Source: an uncultured Spirochaetota bacterium (GTDB lineage Bacteria; Spirochaetota; Spirochaetia; SZUA-6; Fen-1364). Taken from it: a stretch of 64,000 nucleotides of DNA. The notes below the pieces were generated by a model that searched no databases, was not told where the DNA came from, and worked only from the letters and a program-made list of their open reading frames with translations. Each line of letters opens with the position of its first letter. Within the stretch, counting starts at the first letter, position 1. Location of the stretch: the NCBI GenBank assembly GCA_963845535.1, contig CAWJSK010000003.1, positions 64,001 through 128,000 of the forward strand, in the 5' to 3' direction. This document shows positions 1-8,615 of this stretch, piece after piece. Made by a program: the position numbers and the translations under genes.

Positions 1-1452
1 CGTGAGAGTCCGCTTGATCCGGGCAGGGTTCTTGCTCTCTTTGAAATCGATCAGCCAGGACTTGTCTTCCTCTGGGGTTCGATCGTCACCGAAGAAGCGG
101 GCGCTCATGATGGTCCTGCCGGCAAGCGGAAAGAGGATATACTCCGCGGTCCGCTGCGACCTTGGGCTCTTCCAACGGAGCTTGGGATTCTCGAAATCAA
201 TGACGGTCCCGTTGGCGCTGTAGTATTCTCCCTCAAGGGCCGGCGCCTTCTGGGACGCAGCGGCTCCCTGGGGCCTGAACAGCCTGGCTTGCGCCTGGTC
301 CGCGATCCTGGTGTATGTGCCCACCTGCGGCCGGTCCGGCGAGTCGTCTCCGACAATTGCAACCGAGAGTGTGACGGTTGAAAGCGCGGTCACCTCGAAC
401 GTGCGGCTGATCTGCGGCACGGTCTCGTTGTCTCCGACCAGTCGAGCGGTGTTGTACAGCGTGCGGGCCGTGACCCGCCAGGAGAAGACTTCCTCCGTAT
501 CACCGCTGGAAAGCACGATTTTTTTGGAGCGAGGGTCGAAGGATATCTCCCGCTGCCCCGACTCCGGACCCGCGTCCGTGCTTTCAGTCTGCGTCTGGAT
601 CCACGACCCCGCGAGGAAGTCCTCGAAGGAATCCGGGGAGAGGTCGCTTGCAAGCTTGGCAAGCTGCGCCTGCGCCGTCTTTTCCCCGGGGACTTTTTCG
701 GGCGGGCCGGGGACGTAGCGCGCGTCGCTCTGGCTCCACTGGTAGGTGATCTTCACGAGGTCCATCACGTTGTGGGAATCAGGGTCGCGAACGTACGAGT
801 CGATGGGGAAGCTTTCCCCGTTCTTCTGGTCGGTGGAGTAGGAGTCCGGCCGGTCCGCCTCCAGGATGTGGATGTCATCAGCCACGATCTGGCAGACGGG
901 AAGATATACCAGGTCATTCCCGTGGGGGTCCTTGCCGCGGCGAAAGATCTCCAGGGTCAGCTTTCCGTCCTTGCTCATGCCGGTGGCCACGATCTCCACG
1001 TCGTGGTCTCCAATGAGATCTTTCACGGCCAGGCTGAAGATGCGATTGTCCGTGGCATTCGTCGGAGCTTCCCAGCTCTGGAAGTAGTACGTGCCCCTCT
1101 CAGGGTCCACGTCGGCCACGAGCAGTCGCACGGGGGAGTCCACGTCCGTCATCCTCTTGACCGCAATGACCTGCTCTTCCTCCGGGCCCTTGCGCAGCGC
1201 GGCGTTGATCACCTGCAGCACCGTATCCCTGGGGTCGATCATGATTCGCGGCTGGGGCATCACGGGCACGGTGAGCATGCCGGAAGCGGCTGGCTGTGAA
1301 GAGCCGTTGGATGCGTCGGTTTCAGTGACCGCTTTCGGGATGATGACCCGTGACGCCTCCCTGCCGTTGCTGGAGCGCTGGCAGGCGGCAAGGAACAAGG
1401 AGCTGCATGCAAGAAGCATCAGCGCGGGAGCCGTGATGAAAAGCCTTTTCAT
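1..1452 (-). CDS. Pallilysin-related adhesin lipoprotein (3' end runs off the window)
   Basis: Not in the ORF track because there is no stop in the window. Read by hand from ATG at 1452 (ATGA overlap with the DHH gene stop): MKRLFITAPALMLLACSSLFLAAC-QRSSNG has a lipobox and the frame is open to base 1. Position near a vWA gene and cfpA matches Treponema TP0750/TP0751 synteny as I recall it. Confidence 0.7.
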   Translation of the reverse strand, partial: MKRLFITAPALMLLACSSLFLAACQRSSNGREASRVIIPKAVTETDASNGSSQPAASGMLTVPVMPQPRIMIDPRDTVLQVINAALRKGPEEEQVIAVKRMTDVDSPVRLLVADVDPERGTYYFQSWEAPTNATDNRIFSLAVKDLIGDHDVEIVATGMSKDGKLTLEIFRRGKDPHGNDLVYLPVCQIVADDIHILEADRPDSYSTDQKNGESFPIDSYVRDPDSHNVMDLVKITYQWSQSDARYVPGPPEKVPGEKTAQAQLAKLASDLSPDSFEDFLAGSWIQTQTESTDAGPESGQREISFDPRSKKIVLSSGDTEEVFSWRVTARTLYNTARLVGDNETVPQISRTFEVTALSTVTLSVAIVGDDSPDRPQVGTYTRIADQAQARLFRPQGAAASQKAPALEGEYYSANGTVIDFENPKLRWKSPRSQRTAEYILFPLAGRTIMSARFFGDDRTPEEDKSWLIDFKESKNPARIKRTLT

Positions 1453-2429
1453 TGAAAGTGGACCCTCAATCTTTCCAGTATGGCGCGCCTGGTCTTTTCC
1501 AGGGAGAGACGGCACTTGAAGCCGGCTGCGGTCCTGTGGCCGCCGCCGCCGAACATCTGGGCGATCTCCGCGACGTTGATCAGTCCCTTGGAGCGCAGGG
1601 AACACCGAAGCAGCCCCTCGATGTTCTCCTTGAAGAAAATGGAGACCCGCACGTCTTCGCTTCGAAGGGGGATGTTGATGAGGCCGTCGGCTTCCTCATA
1701 ATTGGCCCCGGAATCTCTGATCATTTCCTTGTCCATTGTCAAGACTGCCACGTGGTTCCCCAGCGTGAGCTCGAGCGTCGAGAGGACGCGCGACTGCAGG
1801 AGCAGCGCGGAAATGGAGTTGCTTTCGTACACGCGCGTATAGACGAGGTTGGGCTGCACGCCCACTTGGACGAGATGCCGGGCGATGTCGAAGGTGATTG
1901 CCGTCGTCTTCGGGTAGATGAAGCACCCCGTGTCATAGATGATCCCCGTGTACAAGGCATCTGCCATGCGAAGGTCGATCTCGACTCCCATCTCCCGCAG
2001 GATCTGGTAGACGATCTCCGAGGTCGAGGAGGCGCTCTTCAGTATGACGTTGCCCGTGAGCACGTCCTCATCGTTTTCATGATGGTCAATGATGAAGTAT
2101 TCCCGCACGCGGGGGAGGACCAGGGTGGCCACCGACCCGATGTTGTGGATGTCGTTCGTATCAAGCATGAGGAGGGCGTAGGTTTCGACATCGGTGGGGA
2201 CCTGGGCCTCGTCCTGAAGGACGCAGATGGAGCTTTCCGGATCCAGGAACGCGAACTTCCGCGGTGTCGGGTCCCCGTTGAGGATGATCGCTTTTTTCCC
2301 CAGCGCCGCCAGCGCGCGTCGGGCGGCGCACTCGCTGCCAAGGGCGTCTCCGTCCGGCGTCTCATGGGCGGTGATGATGAGCTTGTCCGTCCTGGTGAGG
2401 AAGTCGACGGCCGCGTCGAGCTCGTTCAC
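1449..2429 (-). CDS. nrnA: DHH/DHHA1 phosphoesterase (bifunctional oligoribonuclease/PAP phosphatase NrnA)
   Basis: Motifs HETPDGDALGS, LDT, IIDHH, GIIYDTG, SLRSK and FGGGGHRTAAG. Confidence 0.9.
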   Translation of the reverse strand: MNELDAAVDFLTRTDKLIITAHETPDGDALGSECAARRALAALGKKAIILNGDPTPRKFAFLDPESSICVLQDEAQVPTDVETYALLMLDTNDIHNIGSVATLVLPRVREYFIIDHHENDEDVLTGNVILKSASSTSEIVYQILREMGVEIDLRMADALYTGIIYDTGCFIYPKTTAITFDIARHLVQVGVQPNLVYTRVYESNSISALLLQSRVLSTLELTLGNHVAVLTMDKEMIRDSGANYEEADGLINIPLRSEDVRVSIFFKENIEGLLRCSLRSKGLINVAEIAQMFGGGGHRTAAGFKCRLSLEKTRRAILERLRVHFQ

Positions 2430-3685
2430 CGCCGGCCTTTCCCTGACGGTTGCGCCGCCCGCGCTTCAGGATTGGCCGGCTTGAAAACGCTCGTGCCCTT
2501 CTTCACCAGCTTCATTTTTCGAAGCAGGGACACGGGAACGCCCGGACCAATGCAAACGCCTGCCTCCACGCGCAGCCCTGCGGGGATCTCCGCGTTCATC
2601 CCGACCACGGTCAACCCGTCACGGATCTGCCCGGGGAAATCGGCGTTCTTGGCGGTGGATGATCGCGAGCCAATGGAGCAGTTGTCACCCACATTGACGG
2701 CGGAACGGGAAAGCTCGGCTGACACGGGCAACAGCAAGGAGTTCTGGATATCCCCCCCGGCGCCTATCCTGTTGCCGTTCATGACGATGGATCGGCTGAT
2801 TTTCGTGTTCTTGCCTATGTGAACGTTGGGAAAGACGATGGATTCCTCGATCTCACCTTCGACCTCGACGCCCGAGGCCAGCCAGGAATTGCGGACGCAT
2901 CCTTTTTCCGTTATGTGCGATTCGATGCTCTTTTCGGAAGGCTCAGGGAGCCGTGAGAGGGTCTTTCGGTAGCCGTCGGTCGCGCAGTTCCCGATGACCC
3001 ACAAGTTGTTGTGGAAATACTCCATCAGATCGTTCTGGAAGAGAACTTCGCCCGGCACATCCTCGAGGAGGTCAATTGACGGAAGGAGTGCCGCCGCAAA
3101 AAGGCTTTCGCGAAGCGGCTTTCGGTCAGTGCGTCGATCGAGAGCCGATCGAAGAAGGGAAGCGACGGTCTGCCTGCCTGCCGCGTACATCTCTATGGGC
3201 GTGCGTGAAACGGAGATCTTGATGACCTTGCCTGCGGCCTTCGCGGCTGTGTCCAGGAGCTCCGCCGTATCAAGGACGCAGACGGAAGAGAGCGACGCCA
3301 GGATCACCGTGTCGCTGCGGGAGGATTCGACGAGCGGCAAAAGCTCGGCAAGCGGATCTTCCAGGGCGATCACGCGGGCAACGGGTTTCTTCCATCGGGA
3401 GGAAAGCGTCAGGGGTATTGTCCGATGGGATTCCTCCAAGATGATCGTCAGCTCGGTATCCGACGACTCCCGGCCGCGGCCGTTTCCGTTTCCGCGGCCG
3501 TCCGCGGGCCCGCCCCTCAGGAGATTTTCGCGCTGGTCCCCGGAGCCCCGAAAGTTTGCGACCATGAAATCCACCAGGCAGTGGTTTCCCCAGAAAGGCA
3601 GCAACGAGTATCGGAAATCCTCCGCGATCCCCGGGATGACCTGAAGCGGTCCCGTGTCGAAGAGGTAGACAGATGTCGCACCCAG
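2426..3685 (-). CDS. Degenerate glucose-1-phosphate adenylyltransferase-like protein (GlgC/GlgD fold with C-terminal left-handed beta-helix)
   Basis: LPFWGNHCLVDF resembles GlgC/GlgD 'VPFGGxYRLIDF'. The C-terminal hexapeptide repeats (VEGEIEESIVFPNVHIGKNTKISRSIVM...GLTVVG) resemble the GlgC C-terminus. The track starts at TTG 3604, but the frame is open to a CTG at 3685 just after the upstream stop. Confidence 0.6.
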   Translation of the reverse strand: MGATSVYLFDTGPLQVIPGIAEDFRYSLLPFWGNHCLVDFMVANFRGSGDQRENLLRGGPADGRGNGNGRGRESSDTELTIILEESHRTIPLTLSSRWKKPVARVIALEDPLAELLPLVESSRSDTVILASLSSVCVLDTAELLDTAAKAAGKVIKISVSRTPIEMYAAGRQTVASLLRSALDRRTDRKPLRESLFAAALLPSIDLLEDVPGEVLFQNDLMEYFHNNLWVIGNCATDGYRKTLSRLPEPSEKSIESHITEKGCVRNSWLASGVEVEGEIEESIVFPNVHIGKNTKISRSIVMNGNRIGAGGDIQNSLLLPVSAELSRSAVNVGDNCSIGSRSSTAKNADFPGQIRDGLTVVGMNAEIPAGLRVEAGVCIGPGVPVSLLRKMKLVKKGTSVFKPANPEARAAQPSGKGRR

Positions 3686-3686
3686 A

Positions 3687-5228
3687 CTACTTTTCCCTCT
3701 TCCCCGTCCTGGTCACGGGCGCCTTTCGGGGGCTCCGTGCGGCTTTCCTTCTCGCGGCCGGCTTTTCCGGCTTTGACGAGCTTTCCTTGGGCGCGCTTTC
3801 CACGGTGACAGGCTTGTGGTTGATTTCCCGGGGAGCCGACGCTTTGCCCTGTATCTCGAGGCTCAGCTTCCTTCCGTCTTCGGTCTTCAGGACGAAAGAT
3901 TCCCCGCGAACGTCAGCGGGCACATCGGCAAGCTTCGGAAATCTTTCTGCCTTGAGAACGCCCATCCCGAGCTTGTTGTTCTTGACGAAGAAGCGGGCGA
4001 GCGAGCGCGCGTTCTTCTTCGAGATGAGGCCGAAATCACCCTCCACCTCGTTCAAGAATAGCTCATGCCCGGCTCCCAGGCTCACGGGAGCATCACCGAG
4101 AGGCGAATCATCGACAAGAACGAGGAAAGACAAAGATCCTCCCGTTGTGACTCGCCGCACAAGGAGAATCAGGGCCACGATGACGACGATGAGCAGAACG
4201 GCGCCCGCGCCGAGGGGAAGCGTGTTGCTCTCCATCCATCCCTTGACCCGGAATGAAACGTCCACGCTGGAAGGGCTGAAACCCTGGCCCTGGGGAAAAG
4301 AGAAAGAAAGCGTGGCATGGCCGGAGCCCTCGGGCAGGCCGGCGGGGAACTTCACGGGAACCTTTGCAGCCTGCTCCTGGCCTTTTTTGACGTTGATGGT
4401 CAACGGCGCGGCAAGGATGGGGGCGGAAGGCGCGTTGCCGATCCGTGCGTCGATCCTGTTCACCGTAACGGTGGCATCCCCTCCTTGCGTGACGGAAGGT
4501 TTCAGCGTAAAGGCGAGGGTGCTGCTGCCATCAGGGCCAACGGGCGCCACCTGGACCTCGCCCTGCAGCGTCACATCGCCGAACAGGCCGCCGGCGGACT
4601 GCGTGAGGGCGCCCGAGCTCAGCTTGCCGGTGATCTGCGTGTACGAGCTGGACAGCGCGGTGGCCAGGTCCTTGGCCGCCGTCTCCGTTCCGATGCCAAG
4701 GATCATGACCTTCCACCCTTTCTGCTGGATGGTTTTGGTGTTGGCAAGGAACTCATGGTTGAACTTTCCGTCAGGAGAGTAGTACTTGCTCGTTGGCGGC
4801 GCTTCCTGGATCCCGTCTGTCAGAAGGAGGACGTACTTGTCGCGGCCGTCATTTTCTTTTGTTGCGATCTGGGCTTTCAAAACGTCAAGGGCATTTCCAA
4901 TATCTGTGAAACGTCCATTTCCTCTAATTCCGGAAATGATCTTCTTCACTGCAGCTTTGTCCGCATCCGTCTTGATCGTCTGGGAAACAATGACCTCAGC
5001 CTTCCCATAAAAAGCAACAATGTCGATGAAGTCTCCAGGGATCACAATTTGATCGATCAAATATGAGTTGACCCAGCTCTTGACTGCGCCGATCTTGTTC
5101 TCCATGGAAAGAGACTTGTCGAGGGCGACCATGATGTCGATGTTCTGCGTCCGCGTGTCCGCAAGCAGCGGGGACGCCAGAATGAGGAAGAACGCCAAAG
5201 CTGCGAGAAGGCTTCTGCGGATGCCCAT
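3687..5228 (-). CDS. von Willebrand factor A domain membrane protein (TP0750-like)
   Basis: Signal peptide, MIDAS DKSLS, T(DIG), LLTDG, a transmembrane helix near the C-terminus, and AGGAGG RBS. Confidence 0.85.
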   Translation of the reverse strand: MGIRRSLLAALAFFLILASPLLADTRTQNIDIMVALDKSLSMENKIGAVKSWVNSYLIDQIVIPGDFIDIVAFYGKAEVIVSQTIKTDADKAAVKKIISGIRGNGRFTDIGNALDVLKAQIATKENDGRDKYVLLLTDGIQEAPPTSKYYSPDGKFNHEFLANTKTIQQKGWKVMILGIGTETAAKDLATALSSSYTQITGKLSSGALTQSAGGLFGDVTLQGEVQVAPVGPDGSSTLAFTLKPSVTQGGDATVTVNRIDARIGNAPSAPILAAPLTINVKKGQEQAAKVPVKFPAGLPEGSGHATLSFSFPQGQGFSPSSVDVSFRVKGWMESNTLPLGAGAVLLIVVIVALILLVRRVTTGGSLSFLVLVDDSPLGDAPVSLGAGHELFLNEVEGDFGLISKKNARSLARFFVKNNKLGMGVLKAERFPKLADVPADVRGESFVLKTEDGRKLSLEIQGKASAPREINHKPVTVESAPKESSSKPEKPAARRKAARSPRKAPVTRTGKREK

Positions 5229-5320
5229 ACTGCCTCCTAATCCTGCGTGAAATCGCTTGTAGGATGCACTATAATTCTATAAAATGGAAGAGAGGAAATG
5301 GTGGCACTGGAAAAAAGTGC

Positions 5321-5349
5321 TTGCCAGAGTGGTTCTTTTGTGGTCTACT
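5321..5349 (+). promoter_or_regulatory. Putative sigma70 promoter of cfpA
   Basis: TTGCCA-N17-TCTACT with an extended -10 TG, followed by AAGGAG RBS. Confidence 0.45.
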
Positions 5350-5381
5350 AGCCGCGACTAAACTGAGAAAAGGAGACAGGT

Positions 5382-7412
5382 ATGGCTGCTATTGACCTTC
5401 CGAAAAGCCCGAATGTGTTCCATCCGGAAAAGCCGAGCGCCGTAGGTTCCCGGAACTCGCTCGCACAGGAGTTCAGGGATCAGCAGGCGGAAGTCGACCT
5501 GCTCATGAGTGAAGAAGTCGACAAAGTGATGAATCATATCACCTCGAAGCTGCCCAAGGAAGTTGCTGAGAAGCTCGACGTCATGGGCGGTCTGAAAGAG
5601 AAGCTCTACAACTACTTCAACCAGAACTACCAGAACATGTTCAACCGCTACATGGTCACCTCGGAAGACGAGATGGTGAAGAAGGTAAGGAACTTCATCG
5701 ACAAGGAGGAGATGAAGTCTCTGGCTCGTTACACCCCGAAGGAGATCGCCGCCATGCTGGACCAGATCGGCGGCATCGACAAGTTCAATACGGGTGAAAT
5801 CGAGAAATCCATCGTCAACATGTACGGCCACCTCCAGGGCCACATCCAGCGGGGCGTCAATGACCTGGAGAACCTCACCAACTCCCTGCTTCGTCAGAAG
5901 ACGGACGTTGGCGCGTTCATCAGGGGTGAAAACGCGTACTCCATCGTGAAGTGCTCGTTCAAGGACAGCGCGTACAAGCCCAAGACCGTGACTGACGTGA
6001 AGCTCTCCGTCAACATCCTGGACTCGGAGCTCATCAGCCCCATCTTCCATTACCAGGTCACCGTGGAGTTCCTCATCAAGGACCTCATCTCCAAGAACAT
6101 CATGGACCTCATTGACAAGGAGATCGAGAAGCTGAAGGACCAGGTCATTGATGAAGGCCGGGAAGAGCTGAATGACGGAGAGATCCTCTTCGAGAAGATG
6201 AAGAGGGTGGAGAAGTTCACCTCGGATGACAAGGATGATCCCAAGTCCAAGAGGTACTCGTTCTTCGCAAAGAGCCTCATGGACAAGATCGAGGGCCTCC
6301 GCGCGGAGCTTGATCCTGAAGAGTATGACGCGGTCAACGTCCGTGAGAACCTGAAGCGGATCATCGACCTGGAGAACATCAGGAACCGCGGGTTCAACAC
6401 CGCCATCAACTCCATCACCTCCATCCTGGACACCTCCAAGATGGGCTACCAGCACGTTGAGAACCTCAAGAACGCCCGCGAGCTGGTCCTGCGCGAATAT
6501 GAGGACACGGATGAGGCGCATCTGCCTGACGAGCGCTACGCCATCAGGCTGAAATACTACGACCAGGCGCAGCTCCTGGAGGAGCGCAAGTCATACGACG
6601 TCCAGGCCAAGAGCTTCGAGGTGGAGATGCAGCACGCATGGGACATCCTCGACATGGTGTATGAGGACTCCAAGTTCCTCAAGGGCGTCGTGGACTTCAA
6701 TGACCTTGCCAAGCGCATGAAGGGCAAGATCAAGAGGCGGATCAAGGCAAAGACCGGAGATCCCCTGTATGAAGACATCGAGAAGAGCTGGAGTGAGATC
6801 ACGTTCGTAAGGCCCGGTGACACGGACGTGGAGCGGATGAACCGCACCTACATCGCGGAAAAGGATGAGATCAAGAAGCGCATCATCCTGATGAAGGACA
6901 AGCTCCAGAAGCTCTACGGGTACCGCTATCCCATCCAGCGCAGGGTGCTTGAGGAGAGGATTTCCTTCATGGAGCATGAGTTCCTCAAGTTCGAGTACAT
7001 GATCAACCCGTACCATATCCAGCCGGGACTGCTCCTGGACGTGAATATCACCTCCATCAAGAGGAAGAAAGCGACCCTGGACGGAATGGCCAACGTGCTG
7101 AACGAGTTCCTGTATGGCGTATCCAAGGGATTCCAGGACGCTGCGTTTGCCTCGTTCTCCCGCAGGCGCTCCACGGTCCGCGCGGACATTGCGCAGTCCT
7201 TCGCGGCGCAGCCGGAGGAAACTCCCGCCAACGCGGCTGAAGGCAAGAAGACAGACTACCTGGACATGCTGAACGTTCCCGGCGCTGACACAAAGGCCGA
7301 GAGCAGGGCCGCAGCCCAGGGCGTTGTGGACGTTGCACCGCGGCGTGGCCGCAAGCCCGGCAGGAGGGGCCGTCCGCGCAGGGGCGGGGACGTCGGTCTG
7401 AGAGAGATCTGA
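5382..7412 (+). CDS. cfpA: Cytoplasmic filament protein CfpA
   Basis: N-terminus [25 protein letters not shown] matches Treponema CfpA as I recall it; 676 aa; strongly biased codon use; strong RBS. Confidence 0.95.
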   Translation: MAAIDLPKSPNVFHPEKPSAVGSRNSLAQEFRDQQAEVDLLMSEEVDKVMNHITSKLPKEVAEKLDVMGGLKEKLYNYFNQNYQNMFNRYMVTSEDEMVKKVRNFIDKEEMKSLARYTPKEIAAMLDQIGGIDKFNTGEIEKSIVNMYGHLQGHIQRGVNDLENLTNSLLRQKTDVGAFIRGENAYSIVKCSFKDSAYKPKTVTDVKLSVNILDSELISPIFHYQVTVEFLIKDLISKNIMDLIDKEIEKLKDQVIDEGREELNDGEILFEKMKRVEKFTSDDKDDPKSKRYSFFAKSLMDKIEGLRAELDPEEYDAVNVRENLKRIIDLENIRNRGFNTAINSITSILDTSKMGYQHVENLKNARELVLREYEDTDEAHLPDERYAIRLKYYDQAQLLEERKSYDVQAKSFEVEMQHAWDILDMVYEDSKFLKGVVDFNDLAKRMKGKIKRRIKAKTGDPLYEDIEKSWSEITFVRPGDTDVERMNRTYIAEKDEIKKRIILMKDKLQKLYGYRYPIQRRVLEERISFMEHEFLKFEYMINPYHIQPGLLLDVNITSIKRKKATLDGMANVLNEFLYGVSKGFQDAAFASFSRRRSTVRADIAQSFAAQPEETPANAAEGKKTDYLDMLNVPGADTKAESRAAAQGVVDVAPRRGRKPGRRGRPRRGGDVGLREI

Positions 7413-7426
7413 ACATCGGGGAACTG

Positions 7427-7461
7427 AATGGTGACCCCCCCGGGGGTCACCATTTTCATTT
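7427..7461 (+). terminator. Rho-independent terminator-like hairpin after cfpA
   Basis: AATGGTGACCCC...GGGGTCACCATT stem followed by TTCATTT. Confidence 0.75.
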
Positions 7462-7511
7462 GCGGCCGTAACGTGCCACGACACGTGTCGTGGCGGCGAA
7501 GGGAAAATGCC

Positions 7512-8594
7512 ATGGCAGAACAACTACACGCGTTCGACGAACTGAGCACGCGGGCAGGCTTCAACCGCTCCCTGTCTCACTTCAAGTTCATCATGCGGGT
7601 GATCGCGGACTTCGAAAGAAAAATCAACCTTGCGGAGATCATCAGCGCCTGTCTTGTCGAGAAATCAATCGAGCCGCACCAGGTGCTTCCGGCGGTCAGC
7701 GCCATCCTTGCTGACAAGTACGGGTACGTGTGCCGGTCGTACAACCTCACGGAAAACTTCGATAATTTCGACTACGTGGCCGCGGAGGTCGGAAAGTGGC
7801 GCGCACTGGACCTCGTGATCACGTACTTCCACCCCGAGCTGGGGGTGGTCACCATCAACCCGAAAAACCGCGCCCACTGGGAAAGCGTTCGGGGCCTCAA
7901 GAAGAACGAGCTCGTTACGATCTTCGCGGGGGCCTTTCAGGACACGGACGGCGACTCGAAGTACCAGGAAGGCATCAATCTTCTTCTCTCCATTTTGCAG
8001 GGGTCCAAGGTCAGGACGCCTGCTTCCTTCACGAAAGGCAAGTTCGTCCTGAAGAAAGTGGTGCCCATGCTGCCGGCTCCCGCCGTCACGCGCGGACCCA
8101 AGCCCCGGGGGAGAAGGCCCAAGGTGGACTTCGCGGCTGCCGCGGCAGCGGCAGCGTCCCAGCAGATGCCGCCGGCCCTGCAGTCATACGTGGCGCAGCA
8201 GACCGCGGCCGCGGCCGCACCGGTCGCGCCCAGGCCGGTGGTGGCAGCGGCAACAACCGCCCCGCGGAGAATGACCCCCATGTACTCCATCCCGGTCACG
8301 AACGAGCTCTTCCATAACGGGAACGTGGAGGCGTGGAAGAAGATCATCCAGAGCTACACCACCAAGTACCCCGGCCTGGAGGTCTACGTGTTTTACGAGG
8401 GAGAACGCATCCACGACATCAACACGCTCTTCAAGTGGGGCAAGGTCAAGCACGGCAGCGCCATCTTGATCGCGATTGCCGGTGACGACATCAAGGACGT
8501 GGCCAAGCTCCAGCGGTATCTGAAGCAGGGCGCAAGCCACATGTTCGAGGCGTTCCTCAAGGGGCAGGTCGGCGCTGTCCTGAACCTGTTCTAG
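7512..8594 (+). CDS. Conserved spirochaete protein (TP0747-like) with Ala/Pro linker and C-terminal HPr-like domain
   Basis: Start moved to ATG 7512 (MAEQLHAF) after GAAGGG. Lies between cfpA and ppdK. The last ~100 aa align by eye to HPr (see findings). Confidence 0.8.
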   Translation: MAEQLHAFDELSTRAGFNRSLSHFKFIMRVIADFERKINLAEIISACLVEKSIEPHQVLPAVSAILADKYGYVCRSYNLTENFDNFDYVAAEVGKWRALDLVITYFHPELGVVTINPKNRAHWESVRGLKKNELVTIFAGAFQDTDGDSKYQEGINLLLSILQGSKVRTPASFTKGKFVLKKVVPMLPAPAVTRGPKPRGRRPKVDFAAAAAAAASQQMPPALQSYVAQQTAAAAAPVAPRPVVAAATTAPRRMTPMYSIPVTNELFHNGNVEAWKKIIQSYTTKYPGLEVYVFYEGERIHDINTLFKWGKVKHGSAILIAIAGDDIKDVAKLQRYLKQGASHMFEAFLKGQVGAVLNLF

Positions 8595-8615
8595 AGACAA
8601 AGGGAAGGTTGAAGC

